From Octopus vulgaris (taxonomy: Eukaryota): a stretch of 64,000 bases of DNA. Each line of letters begins with the position of its first letter. Position 1 is the first letter of the stretch. Below, in pieces: positions 42,273 to 55,399 of the stretch. Where the stretch lies: the NCBI GenBank assembly GCA_951406725.2, contig OX597832.1:6572001-6636000 (forward strand), given 5' to 3'. The position numbers and the translations under genes were made by a program. The notes below the pieces were generated by a model. That model was not told the origin of the DNA. It worked only from the letters and a program-made list of their open reading frames with translations, and searched no databases.

Positions 42273-42660
42273 TGGCTGTGTGGTAAGTAGCTTGCTTACC
42301 AACCACATGGTTCCGGGTTCAGTCCCACTGCATGGCACCTTGGGCAAGTGTCTTCTACTGTAGCCTCGGGCCGACCAAAGCCTTGTGACTGGATTTGGTA
42401 GACGGAAACTGAAAGAAGCCCGTATGTATGTATATGTGTGTATATGTTTGTGTGTCTGTGTTTGTCCCCCCCCCAACATCGCTTGACAACCAATGCTGGT
42501 GTGTTTACGTCCCCGTCACTTAGCAGTTCAGCAAAAGAGACCGATAGAATAAGTACTAGACTTACAAAGAATAAGTCCTGGGGATCGATTTCCTCAACTA
42601 AAGGCAGTGCTCCAGCATGGCCGCAGTCAAATGACTGAAACAAGTAAAAGAGTAAAGAGT
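42273..42660 (+). mobile_element. SINE family A
   Basis: tggctgtgtggtaagtagcttgc...gactgaaacaagtaaaagagt; ends ~320 bp upstream of the SH2 exon. Confidence 0.9.
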
Positions 42661-42978
42661 ATAAAGGTAATTTTGTATATATTGAAATTGAAACAAAGAT
42701 CTATGTCAAGTTCTACCTTCTACTTCATAACCATCCACAGTTAATATTTTTTTGTCTCTCTTATACAGTTTGAAATCTCTAAATATTGCAAGAAATATTT
42801 TCACACTTGGATGGATGTTAGAATTTATTTTGGTAAAATTACTGGCATTGCCAGAGTAAGATTCTATGCATGACACAGGGGTCAAGTCTTCACATTCTTT
42901 GATAGCCAGTTTTTATTTAAGGCAGAAGTGAATCTTATTGGAATACAATTTAATTTTGAATTTTTTACTTTTTTTCAG

Positions 42979-43100
42979 ATGGTACTTTGGGAAAATACGC
43001 CGTGTTGAAGCAGAGAAGAAATTGCTACTACCTGAAAATGAACATGGGTCATTTTTAATAAGAGACAGTGAGAGTAGAAAGAACGACTATTCTTTGTCAG
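42979..43100 (+). CDS. Src42A: Internal coding exon of a Src42A/Frk-like non-receptor tyrosine kinase (N-terminal half of SH2 domain)
   Basis: Polypyrimidine tract + CAG acceptor (ttttttactttttttcag|, 42978) and donor AG|gtgaat (43101). Phase 2 to phase 1 exon translating as [40 protein letters not shown](V), near-identical to the SH2 start of Drosophila Src42A as I recall it; FLIRDSES (FLVRES) motif intact. Too short for the ORF track. Confidence 0.93.
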
Positions 43101-43787
43101 GTGAATATTCTTAAAATTTGTTTACAAAAGAAAAGTAAAAGAGAGAGAGAGAAAGAAACTAAGCATAATCTTTATTTAAATCTTTATCACAGCTGCTTAA
43201 CAGTCTTCTTTGCTGTACAACTGAAATGTTTTCCTTAAATTTATGTTTGCTTAAGATTAATTCCACTACCTGTTTTTAATTATGAAAACTAGAACCATAT
43301 ATTTCTTTTTCTGTATTTCTGTTTATATAAAGCATAATCTACCATCATCTCTCTTTACTTTATACTTGCAAGCAGATATAAAGCATTTGCGATTAAAAAA
43401 AAATTCACTCTGTATCCTAGATGATACATGAATAATAGAATTATTAGGTATAAATCTTTTAACTGGAATACTGAGTTATCTATTACACCCACATACAAAA
43501 GAAAACATTCCCCAAATCCCTAGGAATGAAACAGAGCTCATAAGCAGTTTTACAATTTCAAGAAAGCAGAATCCTTACAAATAGATAAATCCCATATCAC
43601 AAACCAAAGCAACAGTTTAAAATTTAAGGGTAATTTAGTTTCTGTCTCTGAACAAATATAAATCTGATGTGTCCACAGAATGAAAACTCATAGCAAATTT
43701 GAAAAGTTTGAGAGCTTGATGCTAATCTTAATAAGTATTCAGATACAATCAATTAGAGTAATTAAAGAAAAATGTGAAATTTCTAAG

Positions 43788-44168
43788 TGTAGGCACAGAC
43801 ATAGCTGTGTGGTAAGAAGCTTGGTTCCTAACTACATGGCACCAGTTTCAGTCCTGCATTGCAGCTTGGGCAAATGCCTTCTACTGTAGCCTCGAGCTGA
43901 CCAAAGACAGAGACTGAAAGAAGCGCGTCATATATATATATATGCATGTGTGTTTGTGTTTGCCCCCCCCCCCCATTACCACTTGACAATGGGTGTTGGT
44001 GTATTTATGTCTCTGTAACTTAGCAGTTTGGCAAAAGGGACTGATAGAATTAATACTAGGTTTTAAAAAAAGTAAGTCCTGGGCTTGATTTGTTCAACTA
44101 AAACCCTTCAATGCAGTGCTCCAGTATGGCCACAATCAAATGACTGAAATAAGTAAAATACTAAAAGA
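43788..44168 (+). mobile_element. SINE family A, diverged
   Basis: taggcacagacatagctgtgtggtaag...cttgggcaaatg...gactgaaataagtaaaa. Confidence 0.8.
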
Positions 44169-44580
44169 ATAGACAAGGAATACTATTTGAAACTTTATAA
44201 ATGATTGAGAAAAATTGTTGGTTGTCTTTTTAAATGGTTTTATTACTTGGAAAAAGATGGTATGTTTAATAACTTAATTAAAGAGCTTGGATACCTCATA
44301 ATAGAGTGATGAGGACATATCATTGATAAAGTTGCAAATGCCAATGAAAGGACTCTCATAAATTTACTGATTGATAGCCTGATCGACTGATTAGTCAAGC
44401 AATCAAATAATTAATTTGTCAGCTAGCTGATCAATAATAAGAATAAAAAGAAATACAGTAGAACTTGTACAGTTTTTTTTTATTAGCAAAATGACCCTTC
44501 CAGGATATAACATAAGTTTTTCCAAGTCTTAATCTTGTTGTTTGTATTTCTGTTTACACAATCTTTCAATTAAGTTGATC

Positions 44581-44632
44581 TCTAGTTATCATCAGGTACT
44601 CTGATGACAACTAGATATGAAACGAGTCATAT
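44581..44632 (+). ncRNA. Decayed hammerhead motif within a short foldback
   Basis: tctagttatcatcag-gtact-CTGATGAcaactaga hairpin, continuing tat-GAAAC-GA-GTC; stems I and II are damaged. Confidence 0.4.
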
Positions 44633-44859
44633 TCAGGAAATAAAGGATCTGTGACAGAGCTTCAGAAAAAATCCATTTAATTAAAACATTGTATAAACTA
44701 AAACACACAAGATAAGATTAATAGTCCAACAAAGTGTAATTATTATAGCTCATACCATATAATTAATACTTGCTTACAAACTACACTTTAATTCAGCACA
44801 TTCAATGATTAGCATTTTGCCAGTTAACATTTTCATAAGCTAAAGCAGGTAGTTGTATC

Positions 44860-46180
44860 AAAATAATGTCCTCTCCTTTTTCTATTCACCTGTGAGATTT
44901 TTGTATCATCTGCATAACTTGTAATCGTGGCTCTCTGTGTGGCTGAGGGCATGTCTGAGAGGGCCATTATTAACAGCAGTGGTCTCAAAACATTGCCTTG
45001 TGGAATACCACTCACTATTTGCATGTCATTAGAGGTGGCCCCATTGGCTACTACTGCTTGACTTCTATCTTTCAGAAAGTCATGTAGTTATTCTCCCAAT
45101 TTCCTGACTATGCTGAGCTCACACAGTTTGTACATATATATAATTCCATGATTGACTTTATCGAAAGCCTTTGCAAAGCCAAGATATATCACATCCACAT
45201 TTGAGTTGTTGAGCAGCTGTTTCAACACCCAGTCATAGTGTTGTAAGAGCTGAGTCAGGCAGCTTCTTCCTGGTTGGAAATCATGTTGGGTGTCAGTCAG
45301 CAAGTCATTTTCCTCAAGGAAGGTGATTAGTTTTCTTCTGACTATTCATTCCATGATTTTGCTGATGTGCAAGGTCAGAGAGATAGATCTGTAGTTTTTA
45401 GCCTCTATTCTGCTACCTCCTTTATGGATGGGGCATCTTTTCCCTTCCTTCAGCCTTCTAGTTTGCCAGTTGAAAGAAGCTCTGGAAGAGAGACAGCAGT
45501 GTTCTTGCTAGGACTCATATGATTTTAAAAGGATTGCTGAGAATTCATCAGGGCCAGTAGCTGAGTTCGAGTTCCTCTCATTTAAAGCCCTTATAACATC
45601 ATCTTTATATTGAAGTGATCAATCATCACTGCCTCAGTTTTTATATCTGCAGTGGCGAAAAAGTCAGCTGGATTGCTGACTTGCAAGTGTCCTAGTGAAA
45701 ACACTTTTGAATTGCTCATTTAGTATTTCACTTGTCCTCATTGGGTGTCCTGTAAGTGAACCATCTTTTTGGTGGAGTGGCCCTGCTCTGCAGTGCACTG
45801 AGGCTGTTTCTTTGGCAAACTTATAGAAGGCTCTGGGGTTAGATTTTATATTGTCTATAGCCCAGGCTTCTTACTCTGCTTTCTTTTTCATAGAAGGAGT
45901 TGCAGATTTTTTTTCAATTTCCAGCAGTTGTATTTTCTGGTGGGATTTTTCATTGCTTTCAGTTTGTTTGCTTAAGCAATTTGAAATTTTTGTATGCCAT
46001 CTCATAAGAACTTTCCTTTCCCTGGGGATTTTGTTCTTGTGTACAGTGGCCTTTCTCTCTGGGACACATATGTAGCATACAGCTTGCATTACAGACATGA
46101 ATTGTTGAAATTTCATGTCAATGTCTGGTGAGGAGAGACATTTAGGCTAGTTTTGTTTGAGGACCTCTTTCTCAATTTGT
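44860..46180 (-). mobile_element. CR1-clade LINE ORF2 (reverse transcriptase) remnant
   Basis: QHDFQPGRSCLTQLL, VDVIYLGFAKAFDKVNH, SGIPQGNVLRPLL and YADDTKI motifs in ORFs 45088-45303 and 44833-45024. Confidence 0.9.
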
Positions 46181-46192
46181 TTCCAAGGAATA

Positions 46193-46228
<36 letters not shown>

Positions 46229-46660
46229 CTAGCTGACGTACCCAGTAATTCCAGGGGGAGCGGGGCTTATCCCTTGGTTCCGTTCTCATAATTATGTTGC
46301 TTAGCCAGTAACAACAATACAAACTGTGTAGCCCTTAACAAAACCATTCGCAGTAAAAAAGTACATGAAAGTTTGTTTACAGAAACAACTACAAACTAAT
46401 CATAGTTCTTAAATCTGACAGAAAAAAAGTAGGAAGGTTTGCTGGTATAATTGGTTGCATAAACAGAGATGTGGGTTCGAAACCCATGTGTACGGGAAAA
46501 CCTACTTTTTTTTATATGCTCCATTATTAGACTATTTTCTTTAGTCATTGCACAGTGATCGCTATAAGCTTTAAGCTTATAAAATACTTTTATTATTATT
46601 TACAGAATTGTAAAAATTGGCACTGCTTAACAAAACCATTCGCAGTAAAAAAAACATATA
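46229..46660 (-). mobile_element. Helitron 3' end fragment inserted at (TA)n
   Basis: Minus strand CCCTGGAATTACTGGG hairpin...CTAG|T; internal direct repeat cttaacaaaaccattcgcagtaaaaaa at ~46334 and ~46627; 5' end not located. Confidence 0.6.
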
Positions 46661-48033
46661 TGATTGTTATATATTCACCATGACGATAATGGACTTCAAA
46701 GAGAATTAAAGTAGACTGATAATGAAATAATGATTTAAGCTTAATTATCTCAAAATTCAGTATTTATCAATTATATTAATCTAATTTGTTGGGTGCGCTA
46801 TAGCTAGAAAATAAAAAGACAATTTAGAAAATAATTTTATCTGTACCAAACTTGAAGGAAAAAGACATGCATAAAATTGAAAAACTGACCATCTCAAAGG
46901 AAATTCCAGATATTTTTGATTTCTATAAAGTTATTCTGTGACATTACACATGCCCACACACACTCATAGATGTGTGTGTTTTAATTATTATTGTATCTGC
47001 TGTTACATCAGTTCCTAGAAGAGTGGGAAATCTTGTTTCATCATAAATGCTTTTCATTTTGCATTTGACAGAATATATTTTGCCTGTGACATGGAAAATT
47101 GTCAAAAAATAATAAAAAGAAAAGCTTAAAGGAGTGGCATAGTAGTAATACTTATTATATAGTCTTGGGAAGTTTTATTTTGTATAATATTAATGACTGT
47201 CCATAAATTATACAATTGAAGCAAATGCTTTAAACTATGAGCTACACCAGTATGACAAATTTACTTTGTTTTATATAATTTAATGATGCAAGGTATATTC
47301 TACTGGCTTTCTTTTTACATTCAGAAAATACTCATCATGACTTTTTAATGGGCTTTGATACAGAATCTTTAATTAATCAAATGTTATTTCTTCCATTCAT
47401 ATACACGATGTTCAGGAAATATCATCTATATTATCTATTAAAAAAATGTTTGTTTTTTATATACATTATGAAATCCTGAATTATACATCACATTTTTGCG
47501 TCATTCTTTAGAAATGCCAAATATATATGACTAACACACACTAGTGCATTTGTGTGTGAGTGAGTGAAGACATGGTAGTGGAGTGAAGAGGTTCACTTTA
47601 AAACCTTGTGCTTAGGGATTCAGTTCCACTGCATGGATGTTATAGACAGGTAACCTATACTATAGCCATAGGTTGATCAATATCTTGTGAGTAAAACCAG
47701 TTGGCAGACAGAAAATAAGCCCTGTGTGTGTGTCTTTGTGTGAACGAGTTCATATTTCTACTCATCTTCATATGTTTGCTGGTCATAAACAAAAGCCCCA
47801 CTTCATCGGAAAGAGTGTTTCCATTTCTCTGTGAAACCATGTCCAGGCTGTTTGTTGAGTGAGTGATTTGAGGATTATTACCTCACTTGGAAATGAGATC
47901 CAGCCATAGAAAACTCAACCCCTTCATACCATGGAAGCATGGGGTGACCATACTTTTCCATCAATTTTCAGTGTAATGTGAGGAACTGCATCCTTTGATT
48001 TTGTTATAATTCACTTTGTGAAACCAGACTTAA

Positions 48034-48253
48034 CGCTTTAGCATTCAGAATACTCTGTGAAATGTTCTGCTTATTTATTCACATTGTTTTGAATGAATCA
48101 TGTATTATCTTTTCGTGTTAAGATTTCAATGATATGATTGTTTACTTTTAGAATGACATTGTAGTATAGGTGTGAGAGGGTGGATTTGACAGGTTTGAAC
48201 ATAAAACAGGTGGAATATTTGGACTGGATAGGACCAGTTTAAATGCTAAAGGA
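48034..48253. mobile_element. piggyBac-type MITE
   Basis: TTAA TSD on both sides (48030-33, 48254-57); TIRs cgctttagcatt / aatgctaaagga. Confidence 0.8.
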
Positions 48254-49889
48254 TTAAAGAGCAAATTAACATTTTTAATAAAGTGTATTTAGCTTGTATT
48301 TCTGCCTGAAAATTAAAAAATATTGCCAGTGAGTCAACATACACGTAGCTTTATGTATGCATCTGTACATACATATACATGTACATATTTATGCAAATTA
48401 TACAGTAACCAACAGTTTACTCAAATCCTGAATGGACATGTGATATGAAAATTTACCTGCTAATTGTTATTTGCAGATTTACTGTATCCTAAGAGACAAT
48501 TATTGCATATTACATACATAATTGATTTGCTATATAAGATTGTTTTAAGAGAGAGAGTTAGCAAGCATTTAATTTTATTGCTTTAATTGTATTCAAAGAT
48601 TATTGATAAGTAGAGGGATAATCTCTTTTGGAATAAAGTATTTCCCTATAAAGACTATAATCCTATACTATATGGAAATTTTCATAAATGTTTCATTTGA
48701 ATTGAAGCCAAACTAATAAATCAAATTTAACCCTAAATAAACATTAAATCTTATTCAAAACAAAGAAATCTAATAAATTTATTTCTATCTTTCAAAACTT
48801 AGTGGTTTAGATCTAGTTAAGTTTAAGGTCAAACACATTAAAACTCTTGATGTGAGCGTCTTTGGTATCAACCAATATAGTTTTGAAGAGATGAGTTCTT
48901 GTTGAGTCTCTTTTGTCAAGTTCAGTTCGTAGATGATCAGTTTCCATTTGTTTGTATCACCAGTATTCTAGAAAGAAAGAATCTGTCAAAAGACTTCATT
49001 TCTTTCAGTGTTTTATTCTTGTTTTAAAAACAAATATTTTAATAACTTAATAGTTCGTTGTTACAATCAGAGTAAATATTCCATAGCTGAACCTTCATAA
49101 CAAATATAAGTTCAGTATAAATTTCTTGAGATGCCGTCTGTTTGATAAGCTTTAAGTGTCAGCATGCTTATTCAAGGCTTCGTAAAATCTGCAAAATAAG
49201 AAAGCCTTTGTTAATTGAAACCTGAACTAGTTACACTTCTTGGATGATGCAAGTTCACTTCCTTGTATGCATTAATTCTCAGTATTAAACACCCAACTGT
49301 TTCTGAAATACAAGGTCTTTATATCATCATAGTTATTATCAGTAACATACATCGATTTTTATAAGTTGGCTTGATGGACAGGTTGTCATGGTGGTCATGG
49401 TTCACTTTATCTTCTCTACCAAACAACAGAGAAAAACAATCCCCTTTTGCTGTTGCGTATGTCATAGGTACATTTTATCATGACACCAGCACTAGACTGG
49501 TTGTCCTCTCTACTATGCATCAGTTATTTGGAGTGATTTCCCTCATAGACAGATAAACTTTGAAGCTGCTTATGGGATCATACTTGTACATCCCATTTTT
49601 GGCGTATTTTCTATGGGTGAAAATCAGCACCCATTCTCCAGGCTGTACTGGGTGTATTTTATCTCAGAGCATTAACTAAAGAGTCTCTTTCACCTTGTAT
49701 CATTTCTTATTTGAATTACTGTCTTTTTGACTGGGAAGCCTGCAATGGTGCCTATGGATTGCACATCATATGTTGAATTACTTGTGTTTATTATTTAATT
49801 TTTTTTTAAAGTTTGGTTTTAGATTTACTGAATAAGGACAGTTTTAGTAAACCTTCTGGTTGAGGTAACAGAAATGATATTACTCTTGC

Positions 49890-50580
49890 TGTGTGAGTAG
49901 ATTTGGTAGGCAGAAACTGAATGAAGCCTGTCGTGTATGTATATATATATATATATATATATATGTTATTTAGAGATAGTAGTCCCCATCATCACACCAT
50001 ATAAAAGAATCTTAATTTAATACTTACTACTCATTTCTCTGCTACACGTGTTTCTTGAGGTTCTTTTATGGTTCCTTAAGCACGGAATGTTTTTCAGGAA
50101 CCTTTCTTAAAATGTAACCCCAATCATCAGTTACATTTTAAGAAATGTTCCTGTAAAGCACTGCGTGCTTAAGGAATCGTGAAAGAACCTCAAGAAACAC
50201 GCGTAGCAGTGAAATGAGTAGTAAGTATTAAATTAAATTAAAATTCTTTTATATGGTGTGATGATGGGGACTACTATCTCTAAATAACATATGTATTTCT
50301 TCATTGAGAATAATCTGAATCGCCGTGATGCCAGAATTTTTATTCCCTAATAAATAAAATGAAATAATATATATATATATATATGTATGTGTTTGTTCCC
50401 CCACTATCGCTTGACAACCGATGTTGATGCATTTACATCCTCATAACTTAGCAGTTTGGCAAAAGAGACTGATAAAATAAGTACTAGGCTTACAAAGAAT
50501 AAGTCCTGGGGCCAGTTTGTTTGACTAAAGGTGGCATTCCAGCATGGTCACAGTCAAATGACTGAAACAAGAAAAGGAAG
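49890..50580 (+). mobile_element. SINE family A interrupted in its (TA)n by a foldback element
   Basis: gtgagtagatttggtagg...gaagcctgtcg before 49940; tttgttccccc...cgcttgacaaccg...gactgaaacaag resumes at ~50390. Confidence 0.8.
49961..50366. mobile_element. Foldback element, ~158-bp arms plus ~75-bp unpaired tail, hammerhead motifs (Penelope-like)
   Basis: atatgttatttagagatagtagtcccc...aaaatgtaac / gttacatttt...ggggactactatctctaaataacatat; minus-strand CTGATGA at the axis (50124-50130); (TA)n on both sides. Confidence 0.85.
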
Positions 50581-51957
50581 ATTGCATATCTTCTTTTATA
50601 ATTTTTTTTTTTTTTTGAAAGTCTAAATTTGTTTCAAAAGACAAAAATGAGAACTTAATTTTCTTTTCATTTTATACTTTCTATTGTTTTCTTATGTTTC
50701 AAATGTTTAGCTTAAGTATGTAATCTTTTTGACTATATTTAAGTTTACTGCTTGCAATAAATTGGTGTTTTTGATTAAATTGCAAATATAACATAATGGA
50801 TTTTCATGACATATATGTTTTTTTTTTTAACTCGGATCCATAAATGATAATTGAAGAGTGAATTTGAAAAGAAAAAAAAAATGCAATTCACACACATACA
50901 CACACAGCTATCATATTGCAACTGCCATATTGTCAGGGATCTATTTTATGCAATCTGTATTAAAGTCATTGAGCAATCCTTAAGTTATGAGCATTCATCT
51001 CGCATGCATACTCGTGTGTATGTGATGTGGAGAACTGCTTAAAATGGTATTGCTATGTTTGATGATATTCTGTAAATATGGTAAAATAAACAATAATGAT
51101 TTTGATAGATATTGTTAAAGCTGTATGATCAAATTAGTCTAAAATGAATCTTTGAGTGTTTAAGTGAAGACCTAAGATCTTCAATAAATAGCATCTGTTC
51201 CTCAATATATCTCCATCTTCTCCATTTCATAGCATCTGTTCCTCATTTTTGCTCCCTTAAAAATTGACTTAAAGAATGAAATTATTTATAATAATCTTAT
51301 GAATCTAGACAGTTTTTTTTTTCTGTCAAATGAATAACAGCTTTACTCTATGCATGTTGACACAATTAAAAAATAATAGCCATTTATTTTAGCTTTTCAA
51401 CTGAAAGACATACATACATCTACAGTGTATTTAGGTTTTGCTTATGAGAGCCTTGTTATAAAACCCCAGTGTCAAGATGGATCATACACTACTGATTCAT
51501 CAGATATATGTAGCAGTCTTATAAAAAAATATATATCAACTAACTAAAATTTTCTTTAATAGACAGAAAGTAATAACTCACACACCCATGTAACTAGTGA
51601 AAAAATACATATATATATAGAAGGCTCTATTAATTATCTTAGAACCGGCTTAGCTCCAAAACCAGATAATATTCTAGTGGTTTTCTTGAAATCTTGCAAA
51701 AATATTTAAAATATTTGAATATTATCTTCCAAAGTTTTCTAAATGCTGGAAAACTTCCAACAGCTTTTGAAAAAGGAAACCATTTCAGCAGTTTGGTAAA
51801 GTGTGTTGCTGGGTACAACCTGGTAATTAGTCTAGCATCCCTCATCTCACACATGATTAAAATACTGAAATGAATAGATCATGCGAAAATTCAGCTTGTA
51901 AATTAACAATGAAATTAACTTTTAGTTTCTTGATACCACTCCCTCCACCGAGATTCT

Positions 51958-52036
51958 CCACACAAGTTATTACCACACAAGTTATTACCACACAAGTTAT
52001 TACTACACAAGTTATTACCTCACAAGTTATTACCTC
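51958..52036. repeat. 15-bp minisatellite x5
   Basis: ccacacaagttatta repeated with single substitutions. Confidence 0.95.
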
Positions 52037-55000
52037 ACCACCAGACAAGAGCAAAGCCTCAATTGAGAACCCTCAGTCATCTGCACATACACCCATCAAA
52101 ATACCCCTTATTTTATTCAAATGAACATCTAAACAAAAACTACATGCATACATTTTTGAGTGAGATAGTGAGAAAGGAATCAATTATGATGGAGGATAAT
52201 AAACTGGACGAAGCTATTTAACATTGTAATATTTCTTTTAATAGGTGCAATGCTGATTGCATTTGTTTAGACTTCACAAAGTTGATCATGGAATGAATTA
52301 TATACCTCAGTATCTTAAGGCAATCAGGGGATTTGATTTTTGATCTCTTGAGAAATAGGTACCAAATAGTTGCAGCTAAACTGCAGATTATCAATGAAAT
52401 ATCCTGTAAACAGTGAAATTCACAATGTACTATCATTGGATTTCTCTTATTTATGACACTGTTTGATAAGATTGGATGGCTTCAGTCTCCTAGGACAATC
52501 AATTACATGAATGACAGTAAGCTGTCACTTAGGATACAGGCAGTAAATAATTTTCAAATACTACAGTGAAACATAAACTTTATGCAAATAAATACTGAAT
52601 AATAATATGAAGTTCAATTCAACAAGGCACCATACTTAACTCTATACATTGGGAGTATTTATAGAGACCCAAAGAATCAGACTTTATTTCAAGTCTTTCC
52701 AACTGTGTATTATGTGGATGTACTGGTCTTCAGTGTAAATAATGGAGATATTGTATCATTGATAAGTTTATTTCCTGCTAACTCTGAAAAAGATATCTAA
52801 CTCTATTTTGCTAATGGCATCATGTCTTAACTGAAATATCCACATTTATTTTCATTCATTCTCTATATCAAAGCAAAATAGTTATCCAACTGCTAATACA
52901 TTATTAAATATTACTTAATCAATATTCTTAACTGTTACTTTATATTTATTCTTTTACACAATTATGGAAACTGCATTTCAAGGCATCTAATTGATTATGG
53001 ATGAAATTCTCAATAATTGACACCTCCCTTTTAGTTGGAGAAAGAAAACAAAAACCTTGTGTTATTTGTTAGCAACTCTCAAAGAAAAGGGAGATAATTT
53101 CAAGAAATTAATAATTAATTTCACATGCTTAACTGAACAAATTTCAATTAACTGAGATATTTTTTTTCTTTTTCTCTCTCTCTCTACTTTTTTTTTTCAC
53201 ATGTCATTTAGTACATCACTCCTTATCTAAATTCCTTCCATTCACCTACTTGAGTGATTTCCTTTGGTTCATTTTGTTTTTATTATAAATGGTTTGCTTT
53301 ATGTTAGTTTGTCAATTTGTATAGCTATGGTACTGTTAATCTGTAGAGTAGATTTTTGGTTTAAATTTATTGAAGTTATATAGATGAACAACCTTTAGCT
53401 TTTATTTTATATGTATCAAAATTAATTACAAAGAGTAAATATATGGTTTCTTTACTACAACCATCTATTAATTGCATTAAAATTACAGACCAGACTCTGC
53501 ACTAATTATGATTAAACATTTTTGTTTGGGGCTTCAACTTTCATGGAAAATCTGATCATCTTAGAGATTAATTATTTCATCTATTGAGGTGATCTACTTA
53601 ATCTCCTTAGGGTTTTAACATAAACTCATGCTCAACTTTCAACTGTTATTTATAAATCTCCTACAATCAAGTACTTTATAGTTTCCTTTTAAATCCTCAA
53701 GGCTTTTATATTTTCTTAGTTTGATTGCTTGAAATCCATTTCTGTCATATTTTGATGTAATTTTAGTAAAATTTAGCTCATACCATACATACTAACTGCT
53801 GTGTCTGATATTAGTCTTCTAATGAGAGATTAAGATAATTAAAAAAAATAATTGTTTACAATCTCCTTTTAATGCCCCATGACTTTCATATCGCATCCCA
53901 TTTTGACCATTTTAGACTATTTTCATAAAATTGAAACACTAATATTATTCTGGGAAGAAAGCAGCAAGCAGGTAGAATTGTTAGCACACCAAGCAAAATA
54001 CTTAGTGGCATTTTATTCCTCTTTCATGTTCTGAGTTCAAATTCTGCTGAGGTCTTTTATCCTTTCAGGGTTGATAAGATAAGACTTAGCCAAGGAACAT
54101 TTTTAACATTGATTCCATTGCAATATTAGCATTGTCGCATTTCTGTCCATTGTATTTTCCTAAACCCTGTTAATTGAAACAATGAAGTAAATGAAGCAAT
54201 ACTTCTTAATATTTCCACAAACACTTAATCAGTATAAAAGCTTAATATGGACAAGATTAGATGTATTCATTCATGAGCTATTCTTTTGATGATCATTAAA
54301 ACATGCATAATACAGTCAGTAAGTTTGTTGAAGTTTTGAGAGACAGATATAATGTTCAGTTAACTTTAAAAACTGAAGGTAATCTTTTTACTTCAACATT
54401 TCTTCCAAACTAACTGAAAGCTGAAAAACTACATTACTCTCTGAATGTAATTGTAGTTGTATATATATATATGCCAAGTCCTGGGCAAGTAAGATTTGCT
54501 CTCTTAAAAGAGGTGAAAACACCTCCTTAAATTTGGGAACAAATCTTTAGATTTTAACAATGGATCCTAACTGTAGTTTGAATTAGTTGCTGCTTTTAGA
54601 GAAGAAACAGTCTGCAGTTCTTGTGAATAAGCATTACACCAAGATCAACTGAAAAGTATTTTTCAGTAGACTGTAGAAAGCAGATTTTGTGTAGAAATGG
54701 TGGATATCTGAATTAGAAACTCAAATATTCATCAGCGAGCTCTCTCTTTCTTTATTCTTGGATTACAAAATCTGTAGAGTGTAGGATGAAATATCTACTT
54801 GTATTTGTTTATTTATGATTTGTGTTTAGATTTTTCCCAAATCGTTTATTTACCTTGTATCTTGCAGTTGTTAATACAATATGTACCAGTCCACTATCGG
54901 GTATTGATATATCTTCAAAAGTGATGCTACTGCATGGCCAGAGTCCAGTAGCTGAAACCAGTAAAAGTATAAAAAAAACTCAAAGAAAGCTTAAAATGTG

Positions 55001-55239
55001 TTTTATTGCATAGTTTACTTGTTTTATAGAATGAAAAAATAATTGCTTATTTTATCTTCATTTCTTTCAACTTTAACCTTGTTTAAACTATATTTGGTTT
55101 GTTTAATTGATATTTAACAATGACAATCTTTTCATCCTTTTTAACCATGTGTGAGTGTATGAAAATATAAATGTTATGTTTATGTGTGGGAAGACATGAA
55201 CAAATGAGATGTATTCTTTTATAGATAGTTTCCCTAAAG

Positions 55240-55298
55240 ATGCTCTGATGAGTAAGGTATTGCCTGGTATGTGGTCTTTGACAGAAATGTGTCTGTAT
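55240..55298 (+). ncRNA. Decayed solo hammerhead motif
   Basis: atgct-CTGATGA-gtaagg...ctttgac-a-GAAATGTGTC-tgtat; GAAATGTGTC would be the CpG-decayed form of GAAACGCGTC. Confidence 0.4.
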
Positions 55299-55399
55299 AT
55301 ACTATATGATCCATGACTAAAATAAGCTCTGATACCTTGTACGAGCCATGACTGAAGTATGCCGATATATAGTTCAAACTAATTAGCTATCAAGTTTTA

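Noticed and set aside
49961-50292. pre-miRNA hairpin
   Set aside because: The arms are too long and it is inserted in a SINE microsatellite; a mobile-element origin is more parsimonious and there are no read data.
51857-52124. Mucin-like TQVIT repeat protein
   Set aside because: It is only the translation of a 15-bp minisatellite with no splice or domain support. A LINE endonuclease-like relic (LYIGSIYRDP, ~52640) nearby was too weak to call.
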